From Bacilli bacterium (GTDB taxonomy: Bacteria > Bacillota_I > Bacilli_A > RF39 > UBA660): a DNA stretch of 35,452 nt. Below are positions 9,353 through 19,081 of this stretch, piece by piece. The notes below the pieces were generated by a model. That model did no database searches. It was given only the letters and a program-made list of their open reading frames with translations, and was not told where the DNA came from. The stretch lies in NCBI GenBank assembly GCA_017888105.1, contig JAGHGS010000172.1, forward strand, positions 1 to 35,452. The letters are read 5' to 3'. Position 1 is the stretch's first letter; each line of letters opens with the position of its first letter. The position numbers and the translations under genes are program-made.

Positions 9353-9638
9353 CTTCCTTTTCTACTTCTTCTTCGATTATATTAGACTTTTCTTTTTCAC
9401 GATACCAGAGTTTCATGGTTTTGCCTGTATTTTTGTTATATGCTAGCCAATATAAATAAGCATCACTAAATGGAGTTATCTTTCCTTGTAAAAGAAGATT
9501 AAAGCCTTCCTTTTTTAAATAATCAATCACGTCTTTTTGAATATGCTTTTTCTTATTAGTTTTTAAAGACATTATTGTATCTTTTGTATCATAGTCGTAA
9601 ATTTCAATAATTTTCATATTTACCCCGTTATTATGCAA
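9333..9638 (-). CDS. hypothetical protein (101 aa)
   Basis: ORF overlapping the methylase-like stop. No motif recognised. Confidence 0.45.
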   Translation of the reverse strand: MHNNGVNMKIIEIYDYDTKDTIMSLKTNKKKHIQKDVIDYLKKEGFNLLLQGKITPFSDAYLYWLAYNKNTGKTMKLWYREKEKSNIIEEEVEKEDVYEQL

Positions 9639-10323
9639 GTGGTATTTCTTCTATTCCACTTTTATCTTGCATATTTTCGTGTAACTTTTTATTATAAACA
9701 TACTGAGGGGTATAAAACACAGAATACACCTTTTGAGTTAAAGTGTCCTGATGTTTTACTACTCCACTAGCTCCATACAATGATAAATTAAGATAAGTCA
9801 TACATGCACAAAATAATGATACGTCATCACCTTCTACAAAAACACAATCTAAATCAATACCTTTTTTTTCAAGATATTTTAAAGCAGAAAGAAGTGTTCT
9901 GCCACTTCCACAAGCAGGATCATTAATTGAAATATATCCTTTTTTCTTTATTGTATTATTTACATCTATATTTTCTAGGGTGATTTGCGTCATTAGATTA
10001 CACAAATGTTCTGGTGTGAAGTACTGCCTATTTATTGAATTAAATAGACCGAATTCTTCATATAATTCACCAAGAATATCTCGTGGGTTTTCCTTAGCAT
10101 ATTCTAATGTTAGATATGCAATCATTTCAGCAAATCCATCCAAATCTTCGTTTTGATATTTACTAGAAATTGCTAAATATTGATCTTCTTTTGATTGATC
10201 ATAGTACACAGAATTAGATATAGCATAAGCAGCACAGATTACAAAATCTTCAAATACTGTTTTAATGTTTTTCTTATTGCCAATCTCTAAAATTTTTTGC
10301 TTTATAAGTTCTTTATTTTTCAT
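9631..10323 (-). CDS. N6-adenine DNA methyltransferase-like protein lacking a recognisable catalytic motif IV
   Basis: Start reassigned to ATG 10323 (MKNKELIKQK), which follows a GGAGGAGG RBS. Motif X-like RQYFTPEHLCNLM and SAM-binding motif I INDPACGSGRTLL are present. The ORF ends ~95 aa later with no (D/N)PP(Y/F). Confidence 0.55.
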   Translation of the reverse strand: MKNKELIKQKILEIGNKKNIKTVFEDFVICAAYAISNSVYYDQSKEDQYLAISSKYQNEDLDGFAEMIAYLTLEYAKENPRDILGELYEEFGLFNSINRQYFTPEHLCNLMTQITLENIDVNNTIKKKGYISINDPACGSGRTLLSALKYLEKKGIDLDCVFVEGDDVSLFCACMTYLNLSLYGASGVVKHQDTLTQKVYSVFYTPQYVYNKKLHENMQDKSGIEEIPLA

Positions 10324-10675
10324 TATCCTCCTCCATTTTATGATTTTTAACTTGTATAATTGCATCACCAAGAGCCTGTGTAAATTGCATCATAGATAAA
10401 ATCTCATAAGGATTAGATGTTCCCCAATTTAAGTTATATAAAAAAATCTTTTCATACTTTGGCCTAACAAATTGCATATAAAAAGAATCGAGAACATCTG
10501 CGATTCTTAATATAAGCTGTGGTTCAGGACACTTTATAGCTCCTATTTCAATTTCATAAATAGTATCTTTATCACAATCTACTAAGTGAGCAAAATGTGC
10601 AATGGAATAGCCAAAAACATCTCTTCTTAAATGTCTTATCTTTCTTCCAAAATTTCTTCTATAAATATTTATCAT
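10313..10675 (-). CDS. XRE-family helix-turn-helix regulator
   Basis: FGRKIRHLRRDVFGYSIAHFAHLVDCDKDTIYEIEIG fits the HTH_3 pattern. Confidence 0.6.
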   Translation of the reverse strand: MINIYRRNFGRKIRHLRRDVFGYSIAHFAHLVDCDKDTIYEIEIGAIKCPEPQLILRIADVLDSFYMQFVRPKYEKIFLYNLNWGTSNPYEILSMMQFTQALGDAIIQVKNHKMEEDNEK

Positions 10676-10690
10676 ATTTCCCCCTAACTT

Positions 10691-11101
10691 TTAATAGCTA
10701 TAATCATATTGATTAGAATTCACCTTTTCAATGATTTGTTCATATATTTGTGAAGCTGTCTCTTCAAATCCAAACCATGCTAATAAATTCTTGTTTGTAA
10801 TATCTAAAACTAACGGATCTTCTTTATCAAATTTATCACCAAAAATTTCTTCCATTGGAATGCCTATATTACTAACCATTTTATTAATGTTATTTTTATA
10901 TTTATCATAAAAATTTGTTGTATCTTCATAATATATTAAATTTGGAATAATACCAGAAATACAACCATACTTCATTAAATCTTCCATTGCTAAAATCATT
11001 TTTTCCATTGTAGAATCTTTATAATTTTCTATATAATAATCAATTACATAGTTTTTTAAATCATCACCATTTCTAACTTCTTCAAGATATTTTTCTACCA
11101 T
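10691..11101 (-). CDS. hypothetical protein (136 aa)
   Basis: ORF whose start overlaps the M23 peptidase stop region. Confidence 0.5.
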   Translation of the reverse strand: MVEKYLEEVRNGDDLKNYVIDYYIENYKDSTMEKMILAMEDLMKYGCISGIIPNLIYYEDTTNFYDKYKNNINKMVSNIGIPMEEIFGDKFDKEDPLVLDITNKNLLAWFGFEETASQIYEQIIEKVNSNQYDYSY

Positions 11102-12143
11102 AAATTCCCCCTTCTGTTATATTACCTTGATATTTTTCGAACCCAAACTGTACATATTCCATGAAATCCATGTAAATTCCTTTATCATTTACAACGTCAA
11201 TATGTAAATGAGGTCCCGTACTCCGACCAGTAGTTGAAGTTAAACCTAGCAAATCATTTCTTTCTACTCTTGTACCTTCTCTAATACCATATGGCATACT
11301 CATATACTTAATGTGTCGATAAGTTACTATTAGACCATTGTCGCACTTGACTGATATATAATTACCAGTTGCATTTTTAGATTCATTGTAGGACAAATCA
11401 TTATTTTGTGTCATAATCACTTCATCAATTGTTCCGTTACATACTGAATAAAATTCAGTTCCAATGGGTACAGCAAAATCCCATCCAGAATGAAAATTAG
11501 CAGAGGCTTGTTCCTCCTCTGTTAAATCTAAATTTACTTCTCTATTTTCAAAAACAAAAGAAGTAGTAGTAAAGTCTTGTTCTAAATCAAATGGAAATGA
11601 AAACGGAAGATATGGATAATCTTCAGTATAATCATCTGAAGTCGCCACATCTTTATCTAATACATAACAAAGATTTAAAGCCTCAATTTCAACGCCATTT
11701 TCATTTGTTCCACTTTCAATTGTATATTCTGGTAAATCTTCATTTTCTTTTAATTCTTTACAAACAGTTTTAATCGGTTTCATTTGCCTAGATTGCACAT
11801 TTAAATTTGCCAAATAAGCCTCTTTCCATGTTTCATCAGATAGCGTTGTAACATCTAAAACATTATTTGTTCTTTGTAAATAAAATACAAGTCTTTCTAA
11901 ACTAACATATCCGTTGGCAACCATAAGTTCATCTAGCAGTAATCTATATCGCTGGGCATAGATCTGATTATTTACAACTGCTGACATCCCCCTATAATCT
12001 CCAGCTAAATTATTCGCACTCTCATATCCGATATTTACTCCAAAAATAGCCGCAATTAATGAAATTACGATTACAAAAAAACCAACTACTCCAATTAGGA
12101 TGCACACAATTTTAATCGTCAATAATTTCTTGAGTAATTTCAT
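11082..12143 (-). CDS. membrane-anchored M23/LytM peptidoglycan hydrolase (T4SS cell-wall hydrolase)
   Basis: N-terminal TM segment (ILIGVVGFFVIVISLIAAIFGV). M23 motifs HSGWD (HxxxD) and GPHLHIDV (HxH). Confidence 0.8.
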   Translation of the reverse strand: MKLLKKLLTIKIVCILIGVVGFFVIVISLIAAIFGVNIGYESANNLAGDYRGMSAVVNNQIYAQRYRLLLDELMVANGYVSLERLVFYLQRTNNVLDVTTLSDETWKEAYLANLNVQSRQMKPIKTVCKELKENEDLPEYTIESGTNENGVEIEALNLCYVLDKDVATSDDYTEDYPYLPFSFPFDLEQDFTTTSFVFENREVNLDLTEEEQASANFHSGWDFAVPIGTEFYSVCNGTIDEVIMTQNNDLSYNESKNATGNYISVKCDNGLIVTYRHIKYMSMPYGIREGTRVERNDLLGLTSTTGRSTGPHLHIDVVNDKGIYMDFMEYVQFGFEKYQGNITEGGIYGRKIS

Positions 12144-14556
12144 CTACTTCCCCCATAAAATATTTCTGTATTGGAGTTGCAAAAACTTTAGTTCTTATTC
12201 GATTTTTGTTGGTAATATTTAACAAGAATTCCCCTTGATTACATTTTGCTAAAAAGTTCTTTTGCGTTTCTGTAAGTGGAGTATTTGTATATAATTTAGC
12301 TACTGCCTCTACATCATTATCTTTTAACATACCAAAAATTTGATATTGGCAATTGTTAAACATCGCAGAAGCATGACGTAGAATATTATTTGTACTTGTA
12401 AAATCACTTGGTTGCTGACTAGCAAGAACAACTGATAATTTATACTTTCTAGCACGTCTACTAATTTGATCCATATACTTAATTAATGTAGGATTATCTT
12501 CATCAATATAATTATGAGCTTCATCAAATACCATCATCATTTTATTAAACTCATGATCCAATTCATTTTTATTTTTATTATCAACAATTACATTGCTAAG
12601 ATAAGTAAGCAGGTTTAACATTTGGGTATTAATTATTCTTCTACTAGAATTAAAAAATAGTTCTTGTAAATTAAATACAATTAAATTATTGTTTAAATCT
12701 ATTGTAGTAATTCCATTAAATAAATTACTATCCTGGCCTATAACTAATCTTTTAACTAAAACTTCCAAGCTTGAAAGAATTGATGACATTTCTAAGCTAA
12801 TATTATCCTTTTGCTTCTCTAATATATAAGCATACAAGTCAGAAAAAATTGGATAATCTTTGGAAGTCATCCTTTGATACTCTTCTAATTTTGTTTCATT
12901 AGTTATACCACGAGAATTATAAAACTTTTCAACTATATCTAATAAAACCACTAGTTCCTTTTCAGATATATCATTAAAAATAGTTATAAAGAAATTTTCT
13001 AAAAATCCCAAATGCTTACTTAAAATTGATGTATCATCATCATCTGTTAAAACATATCTAACTTGAAGTGGGTTAATTAAAGATTTATTTGCTAAATTAA
13101 TTATCTCTCCACCACACCTTTTACATAATTTCGAATACTCATTTTCTATATCAAAAACAACAATTCTAGTATTTCTAGCAAACTCATTTAATATCATTAA
13201 TTTTAGTAAGAAACTCTTACCTGCCCCAGAAGTACCTAAAATAGATATATTATGATTAATACGATTTTTACTTAAAGAATAAGGATCAAAGAATATAGGT
13301 AAACCATAAACATCTTCTCCTACAAGCCAGCCAGTTGTATCATTATGATAGCTTTCTGTAAAAAAGAATCCAGCAGCCAAAGTTTGTGTCGGAAAGTACA
13401 TTTCATACCCCTTGAGACTTTTATCAGTTAAATCATAAGTTTGCCAAGCAGATAATTGCAAAAATCTTGGAATATCTACTTTAATTTGATAAAGATCTGC
13501 ATTTCTTTTAATCTCTTTAACTATTTCTTCTCGTTCTTCTTTTGTTCCAGAAATTGCTAGAACAATATCCACTTCTTTTATTTTTTCATCATTTGCAGTA
13601 ATTTGTTCAATTAATAACCGATAGTTATCTAACAACGATCTCATTTCAGTAGAATCACTTAAGTTCTTATTTGAATTATAATCAGCTAATACAGCTTTAT
13701 AACTACTATTCAAATTATTAATTAAACTACTTTGATTCTCAATATTTTTTATAGTAATAGACGCTTTTACATTTGGTAAATTAATTATTCGATCCAAAAA
13801 ATGATCCTCTATAAAAAGTGGATAATTTTTTATTGTTAGAAGTTGAATATCTTTATCATCAAATTTTAAAGAAGATACCATTTCTCTAACTGTGGAAGGT
13901 ACTAATAAATCTACCATATCATAATAGAGAATTTGATCTAAATTAACATCTGAAAAATAAAGATTAGCAAAAATTTTAACTAAAAATTTAATATTAGAAA
14001 TAAGTTCAATGTTTAAACTCGGAACTATTGAGGCACATGCCATTTCAAAAATCTCTTTATTTTTCTCTAATTCTTCTTCACTTTTACAAATAATTGCAAA
14101 AAAATAAGAACTAGCTGATGTCATATTTTCCTGTTCTATTCGTTCTATAAAATTTAAATTATTGGATAAAATACTTTTGGCATTTTCATTATTAGAATTA
14201 TGAATCAAACTTTGTAATTCTTCTTTATTTTTATTTAAATTGATCTTGTCATCTATTTTATATGCTTTAATAGTAAAAGGTAATCGATATAATTTTGATA
14301 AAGTATTATAAAAAATATTTTTTTCACGTTCCGTTGTGAGAGATAAGTCTATGGAACTAACTTTATACATCAAAGCAAATTGATTAGTTTTTAAATGAAT
14401 TACTCCATTACTCTCTATGCTACTAATATTAGTAATAAACTGAGAATTATGAATTTTCTTTTTCAGATCATTCATTGTTAGATATTTTGTTGTTCGCAAT
14501 TTTCTTATTTTATCAACATTTCTATTTTCCTTCTTTTTTATTTTTTCAATATTCAC
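12112..14556 (-). CDS. VirB4/TraE/PrgJ-like T4SS ATPase
   Basis: 814 aa with Walker A GTSGAGKSF and Walker B MMVFDEAHNY. It is preceded by a small 2-TM protein, as in Gram-positive T4SS loci. Confidence 0.8.
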   Translation of the reverse strand: MNIEKIKKKENRNVDKIRKLRTTKYLTMNDLKKKIHNSQFITNISSIESNGVIHLKTNQFALMYKVSSIDLSLTTEREKNIFYNTLSKLYRLPFTIKAYKIDDKINLNKNKEELQSLIHNSNNENAKSILSNNLNFIERIEQENMTSASSYFFAIICKSEEELEKNKEIFEMACASIVPSLNIELISNIKFLVKIFANLYFSDVNLDQILYYDMVDLLVPSTVREMVSSLKFDDKDIQLLTIKNYPLFIEDHFLDRIINLPNVKASITIKNIENQSSLINNLNSSYKAVLADYNSNKNLSDSTEMRSLLDNYRLLIEQITANDEKIKEVDIVLAISGTKEEREEIVKEIKRNADLYQIKVDIPRFLQLSAWQTYDLTDKSLKGYEMYFPTQTLAAGFFFTESYHNDTTGWLVGEDVYGLPIFFDPYSLSKNRINHNISILGTSGAGKSFLLKLMILNEFARNTRIVVFDIENEYSKLCKRCGGEIINLANKSLINPLQVRYVLTDDDDTSILSKHLGFLENFFITIFNDISEKELVVLLDIVEKFYNSRGITNETKLEEYQRMTSKDYPIFSDLYAYILEKQKDNISLEMSSILSSLEVLVKRLVIGQDSNLFNGITTIDLNNNLIVFNLQELFFNSSRRIINTQMLNLLTYLSNVIVDNKNKNELDHEFNKMMMVFDEAHNYIDEDNPTLIKYMDQISRRARKYKLSVVLASQQPSDFTSTNNILRHASAMFNNCQYQIFGMLKDNDVEAVAKLYTNTPLTETQKNFLAKCNQGEFLLNITNKNRIRTKVFATPIQKYFMGEVDEITQEIIDD

Positions 14557-14828
14557 TAATTTTCCCCCTTTCCAAATACATAAACTTTTGCCCTAATTAA
14601 AAATTCAAAAAAAAGAATTCCTAATTTATACACTCTGTTACATTTACTGAAATCAACTGGAAGCAATGATATAATACCTCCACTTAAAATCAAAAATGAC
14701 AAAGTATAAAAATGAAGGAGAAAAAATATAGTGAATAAAAAGCCAATTATAAATCCCAATGCCAAGTCTTCTGTTTCTAATTTGAAGAAACTTATATTCT
14801 TTTTTATACTTTTTAATGTTATATACAT
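14556..14828 (-). CDS. small two-TM T4SS protein (VirB3/PrgI-like)
   Basis: 90 aa with two hydrophobic helices. It lies immediately upstream of the VirB4-like gene, sharing one nt. Confidence 0.45.
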   Translation of the reverse strand: MYITLKSIKKNISFFKLETEDLALGFIIGFLFTIFFLLHFYTLSFLILSGGIISLLPVDFSKCNRVYKLGILFFEFLIRAKVYVFGKGEN

Positions 14829-14844
14829 TTATTTTCCCCCTTTT

Positions 14845-16509
14845 TTAAATACTTTCACTTTCATTAGATAATCCTGATACTTTTGGTCGATTTTTATACC
14901 TAGCATGGTTTGGATTTCCAAAGTTTCTAATGCTATCAAAAGTTCCACCAAAACCACTTTTTATAGCATTGATATTTGCTTTTGATTCTTCCATTTTATT
15001 TTTTAGATGCTCTGGATTATATTTGTTATTTACAAAATCCCATTTACTAGCAGCATCATTAATTTTATTTTCTCCCTTTGCAACCAAATTTCTGCCATAG
15101 GCACGTATAAATGGATTAGAACTCTGTTGCATCATTGTTCCTCTTGTCATATTTGCAGCTCCTTTATTAACTTTATTAGCTTCTCTTTTTCCATAGAAAC
15201 TACTAAATCCAGGTGATAAAGAAGTTGCAGCACCTACGATAGTATCTTTCACTTGAGATGCTCCACTTCTAGCTAATTGAGATATTCCTTTTCTACTCTG
15301 ATTTAAATTAGAGCTAACATTCTTACCTGTTTTTAAAACATCTTTTACCATTCCTCCAGCAGCAATAGCGGAGCCTCCAATTCCTAACATAGATGTTAAC
15401 ATGTCTCTACCACTATTTGCCGATACATTTTCACCAATAAATCGATTTAGTGATGTAGAACCAGTAAGTAATAACGTAGCACATCCAATATATAAAATAG
15501 ATTGAGCAACAATTTTCATAAAATATGACATTTCATTAATCACTTCACTATTTTGAATGGCACTAAACATAATAGATGTTAGACCAATTAGAAGCATCAT
15601 TGCTGCTGCTTGCAACACAAGTGAAGCAAGTTGCTGATATAAAGCCGATCGTTGTTCTTTACGACAAACCGATGTAGCAAAAACTAAAGGTGCTATTGTC
15701 ATTAAAAAAACTATTTCAAATTGCCTTCGTCCTAATTGAATTACTGCAAATGCAATGGCAAAAAGAAATATTATGCCAATTACAATTCCAAACAAAAAAT
15801 TATAATTAAAAGCATAATCTTCTCCATCGTTAAAAAATCCTTTTTTATAAATCTCACATCGATAGCTAAATGATCCTGAATCACTAACAATAGAAGCATC
15901 TAAAGTACCATTTCGCACCAGTTTTTCAAAATCTTCCATTGTCGTTGCATTTGAAACATCAGCATATCCCTCTAATTGTTCTTTTAAGCCATTTACATTC
16001 GATTCGTCCTTACTTTCCCCAGCTGATTCTGCAAAACATGCTTCATTCGCTGTCAAATATGCTGTTTTCATTTTATCTCCAATAGTTGAACTTTCAGTAG
16101 TAAAATTATCATAAACCATCTCAGAAAATTGTACACCAATATTAATAGATGTATTAAATAATAAGTAAGTACAAAAAATAAGAACACCACATTTTACAAT
16201 TTCTTTTACTATTTCAAATAATGGTGTTTCTTGAGAATCAGCATCTAAAATTTTAAAAGTAATTTTCCATACTGAAAACAAGAATAAAACTGTAAATGAC
16301 AAAATAAAAAAAGCATTAAATACTTTTACAAATATTGATCCATCCATATCCTTTAGTAAATCGATAAAATTAATACTATTTATTTTTTCTGCCACTTCAT
16401 ATAAAGTATCTATTGTATTATAAATGGTATTCACAATAGACATGCCAAGCCCACGCAACACATCAAATATTCCGAATCTAATATCGGAAACAATACTAGC
16501 TATCATCAT
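14845..16509 (-). CDS. polytopic T4SS membrane protein (VirB6/TrbL/PrgH-like)
   Basis: 554 aa with multiple hydrophobic segments followed by a hydrophilic Gly/Ser/Asn-rich tail. Assigned by position in the T4SS operon. Confidence 0.5.
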   Translation of the reverse strand: MMIASIVSDIRFGIFDVLRGLGMSIVNTIYNTIDTLYEVAEKINSINFIDLLKDMDGSIFVKVFNAFFILSFTVLFLFSVWKITFKILDADSQETPLFEIVKEIVKCGVLIFCTYLLFNTSINIGVQFSEMVYDNFTTESSTIGDKMKTAYLTANEACFAESAGESKDESNVNGLKEQLEGYADVSNATTMEDFEKLVRNGTLDASIVSDSGSFSYRCEIYKKGFFNDGEDYAFNYNFLFGIVIGIIFLFAIAFAVIQLGRRQFEIVFLMTIAPLVFATSVCRKEQRSALYQQLASLVLQAAAMMLLIGLTSIMFSAIQNSEVINEMSYFMKIVAQSILYIGCATLLLTGSTSLNRFIGENVSANSGRDMLTSMLGIGGSAIAAGGMVKDVLKTGKNVSSNLNQSRKGISQLARSGASQVKDTIVGAATSLSPGFSSFYGKREANKVNKGAANMTRGTMMQQSSNPFIRAYGRNLVAKGENKINDAASKWDFVNNKYNPEHLKNKMEESKANINAIKSGFGGTFDSIRNFGNPNHARYKNRPKVSGLSNESESI

Positions 16510-16907
16510 GTTTCACTAACCACTAATGAATCAATAATTAAATTAATAATTGATGGAGCTAAAATTAGTAATACTATACCCCCAAGTGTATATAAAATTG
16601 TCTTTTTTCTTCTTTGTTTCAATTCATCATCACCATATATAAATTGAACTATAAAGACCACTAAAACAACAAATGCTATAAAAATACCTATTCCTTGTAT
16701 TGTCGTAGCTGTATTATAAATCATAGTTTTTAAATCCGTTTCTGTTAAATCACCACCTTCGATCTTTTCTACAGCTCTTACATTATTTATATTTACACAT
16801 AATGTAAAAAGAAAAACGGTAGTAATTAAAAGCCAATTACGAATTTTTTGTATTGTCTTTTTGCTATTTTTGTTATATAATTTTTTTGGTTTTTTGTTGA
16901 AAACCAC
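16506..16907 (-). CDS. VirB2/TrbC-like small membrane (pilin-like) protein
   Basis: 133 aa. A signal-like N-terminus (LLITTVFLFTLCVNINNVRA) is followed by two TM helices separated by the charged loop GDDELKQRRKK. GTG start without a clear RBS. Confidence 0.45.
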   Translation of the reverse strand: MVFNKKPKKLYNKNSKKTIQKIRNWLLITTVFLFTLCVNINNVRAVEKIEGGDLTETDLKTMIYNTATTIQGIGIFIAFVVLVVFIVQFIYGDDELKQRRKKTILYTLGGIVLLILAPSIINLIIDSLVVSET

Positions 16908-16917
16908 TGCATTTATA

Positions 16918-16953
16918 CTAGAAGTCTTGTTGGGAAGGACTTCTAGTTTTTTT
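16918..16953 (+). other. GC-containing stem-loop with T-run in plus-strand orientation, just upstream of the pilin-like gene
   Basis: CTAGAAGTC (16918..16926) pairs with GACTTCTAG (16938..16946), followed by TTTTTTT (16947..16953). The U-tract is on the strand opposite to the genes. Confidence 0.5.
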
Positions 16954-16993
16954 GTTCTTTTTATACTATTTTCCCCCCTTTTTTTACTCTTTT

Positions 16994-17569
16994 TTACATT
17001 AAAAGTTCCTCACAATTTTTTTGATAATCTAAAATTAATTTCAAATTATTTTTTAATAACTCATCTGTTTCCTGTTCATACTTCTTTTCTAAATCTTCTA
17101 ATAGTCCATGGTTTTCTTTTGAAAAAGTATAAACACCATCATATAAATCACAACCAACTGAATTCTCTACTATTAAATAGACAATTCCATCTTCAAAATC
17201 ACTTTTAGGTCTTTCTTCTAAATCTTGTGCTTTTGTTAACTCATCAAGAGTTTTTAGAGTATATCTACCAGCTGGTATGTTAATGTCAGATGTTCTCACA
17301 ACTATTGCTACAATATCTAAATCCACTATATTCTCCTCCCTATCAAATTTAAAACACACTTTTTTTGCTTGTTCTTCGCTTAACTTCAAATAATCATGTT
17401 TAGAAGTATGATTCACAGATCTAAAAACAGATACTTTATCAGTACCTGTTTTTAATAATAACTCTAATTCTCCATTTGCGTTATTTCCAAGTTTACGAAA
17501 TTCTAAATTATATAATACATACTTATCTAATAATTCTTGCATCTCATAAATTTTATTTTTGTCAAACAT
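16994..17569 (-). CDS. hypothetical protein (191 aa)
   Basis: ORF directly downstream of ssb. No motif recognised. Confidence 0.5.
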   Translation of the reverse strand: MFDKNKIYEMQELLDKYVLYNLEFRKLGNNANGELELLLKTGTDKVSVFRSVNHTSKHDYLKLSEEQAKKVCFKFDREENIVDLDIVAIVVRTSDINIPAGRYTLKTLDELTKAQDLEERPKSDFEDGIVYLIVENSVGCDLYDGVYTFSKENHGLLEDLEKKYEQETDELLKNNLKLILDYQKNCEELLM

Positions 17570-17570
17570 A

Positions 17571-17939
17571 TTAAACTTCTATACCTTCAGTTTCTTTACT
17601 GCTTTCTACATTCTTATTTAGATCTTTTTTATTTTGAATATGAGTATATTGGGTTACAACAGGCCATGGTTTTTCAATAACTTTATCACCGACTTTTTCT
17701 TTTTTAGTAACAATATACCCCTTAATTTGAACTAAAGATCCTTTTTTACTTAGCTTACATAAATTTTCAGCTTTTTTATTCCATAAAGCAAATTTTAAAA
17801 AGTCTGTTTTCTTTTTTCCATTTTTATCTTTATAATCCCGATCCACTGCTACAGTTACATTGACAACTTTATCATTATTCTCTAGCATTTTAAGTTCTGG
17901 ATCGTCTGTTAATCTTCCGATAATACAAAATTCATTCAT
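17571..17939 (-). CDS. ssb: single-stranded DNA-binding protein
   Basis: OB-fold SSB pattern NEFCIIGRLTDDPELK...TDFLKFALWNKKAENL...KGSLVQIKGYI. The C-terminus (..SSKETEGIEV) lacks the usual DDD(I/L)PF tip. Confidence 0.75.
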   Translation of the reverse strand: MNEFCIIGRLTDDPELKMLENNDKVVNVTVAVDRDYKDKNGKKKTDFLKFALWNKKAENLCKLSKKGSLVQIKGYIVTKKEKVGDKVIEKPWPVVTQYTHIQNKKDLNKNVESSKETEGIEV

Positions 17940-17974
17940 TTTTTAATTCCCCCTTTAAATTTGTATTATATATT

Positions 17975-19081
17975 TTAAATTCTAATCGTATCACATTTTT
18001 GCGATTTATTTCCAGCATTATCAATTGCCGTTGCACAGAAGGTTCTGCCAGTTGATTCTTGCAAATATAAAACATTAGTGAATACTCTTGATTGAGTTTC
18101 ATGAATTGTTGAACCACTACCATTTTTATAAGGTTCAATCCACATCTGATATTTTTGAATACCAGTTCCATTATCATAAGCATTTATCGTAACACGAATA
18201 TTCCAGCCAGCTGCTGGTCCTTTATCTGGATTATAATATCCTAGGTTTTCAACTGTAAAACTGGTAATTGTAGGTGCAATATTATCATACCAGCTAGGAT
18301 TAATTACCAAATTTCCGTTTACTGTCCAAGTTTGATCTCTAAATGAGGTTACACTATATCCATCTCGATCATAAACATATACTCTAACTTTAGAACCATA
18401 GTTAACAGAGTTATTATAGTAATCGGTAACCCTATTAGCCACTAGAACTCCGTCAATCCAAACCGTAAAAGTAAAACCATTTAACCCAGAAGCATATGAA
18501 ACATTCTGAATAATCGAATTAATATCTACTGAATATTTTTTTGCTTTCCAGTTAGCAGTAAAAGTTTTATTTCCAGTTGAATTAGTTATTGTTAAATTAG
18601 TTGTCGGTGTACTTACACCAGTACCAGTCCAACCAGCAAAATCATATCCAGTCCGAGTAGGAATTGGTAAAGTAAAAGTTTCTTCTATATTGTAACTAGT
18701 TTTAGGATTGCTTAAAGTACCACCATTCAAATTGTACTGAATAGTATAACTTTCTACACCCCAATTAGCATAAAGCAATTGGTTATTAATACTCTCTACA
18801 TTATTAATTGAAGAAGAATATTTAATTTCACCATTCAAAGATGTACTATACCCTAAAAAATCGTATCCACTTTTTATAGGTGTAGGTAAAACAACGTTGT
18901 TATTGTCAATAATAACATTATTTTCATTATACTTTCCACCATTTGGATTTATTTTTAATTGATAATCAATCGTTTTTATATTATTAGTAATAGAATCCAT
19001 TGTTGTAAAAGATGCAAAAGTTGATGATAAAGGTAAAATAATAGCTAGTAAAAGAGATGATATTTTAAGTACTTTTTTCAA
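17975..19081 (-). CDS. secreted repeat protein (Listeria-Bacteroides/Flg_new-type repeats) with SipW-type signal peptide
   Basis: Start reassigned to TTG 19081 (MKKVLKISSLLLAIILPLSS), which follows a GAGGG RBS. The signal end TFASFTTMDSITNN resembles that of the TasA-like protein. Repeats are marked by GYDFLGYS and GYDFAGWTG. Confidence 0.6.
   Translation of the reverse strand: MKKVLKISSLLLAIILPLSSTFASFTTMDSITNNIKTIDYQLKINPNGGKYNENNVIIDNNNVVLPTPIKSGYDFLGYSTSLNGEIKYSSSINNVESINNQLLYANWGVESYTIQYNLNGGTLSNPKTSYNIEETFTLPIPTRTGYDFAGWTGTGVSTPTTNLTITNSTGNKTFTANWKAKKYSVDINSIIQNVSYASGLNGFTFTVWIDGVLVANRVTDYYNNSVNYGSKVRVYVYDRDGYSVTSFRDQTWTVNGNLVINPSWYDNIAPTITSFTVENLGYYNPDKGPAAGWNIRVTINAYDNGTGIQKYQMWIEPYKNGSGSTIHETQSRVFTNVLYLQESTGRTFCATAIDNAGNKSQKCDTIRI

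Noticed and set aside
17932-18183. 83-aa minus-strand ORF overlapping the 3' part of the repeat-protein gene
   Set aside because: It is an alternative frame inside the well-supported 17975..19081 gene. No RBS or motif was seen, so it is likely spurious.
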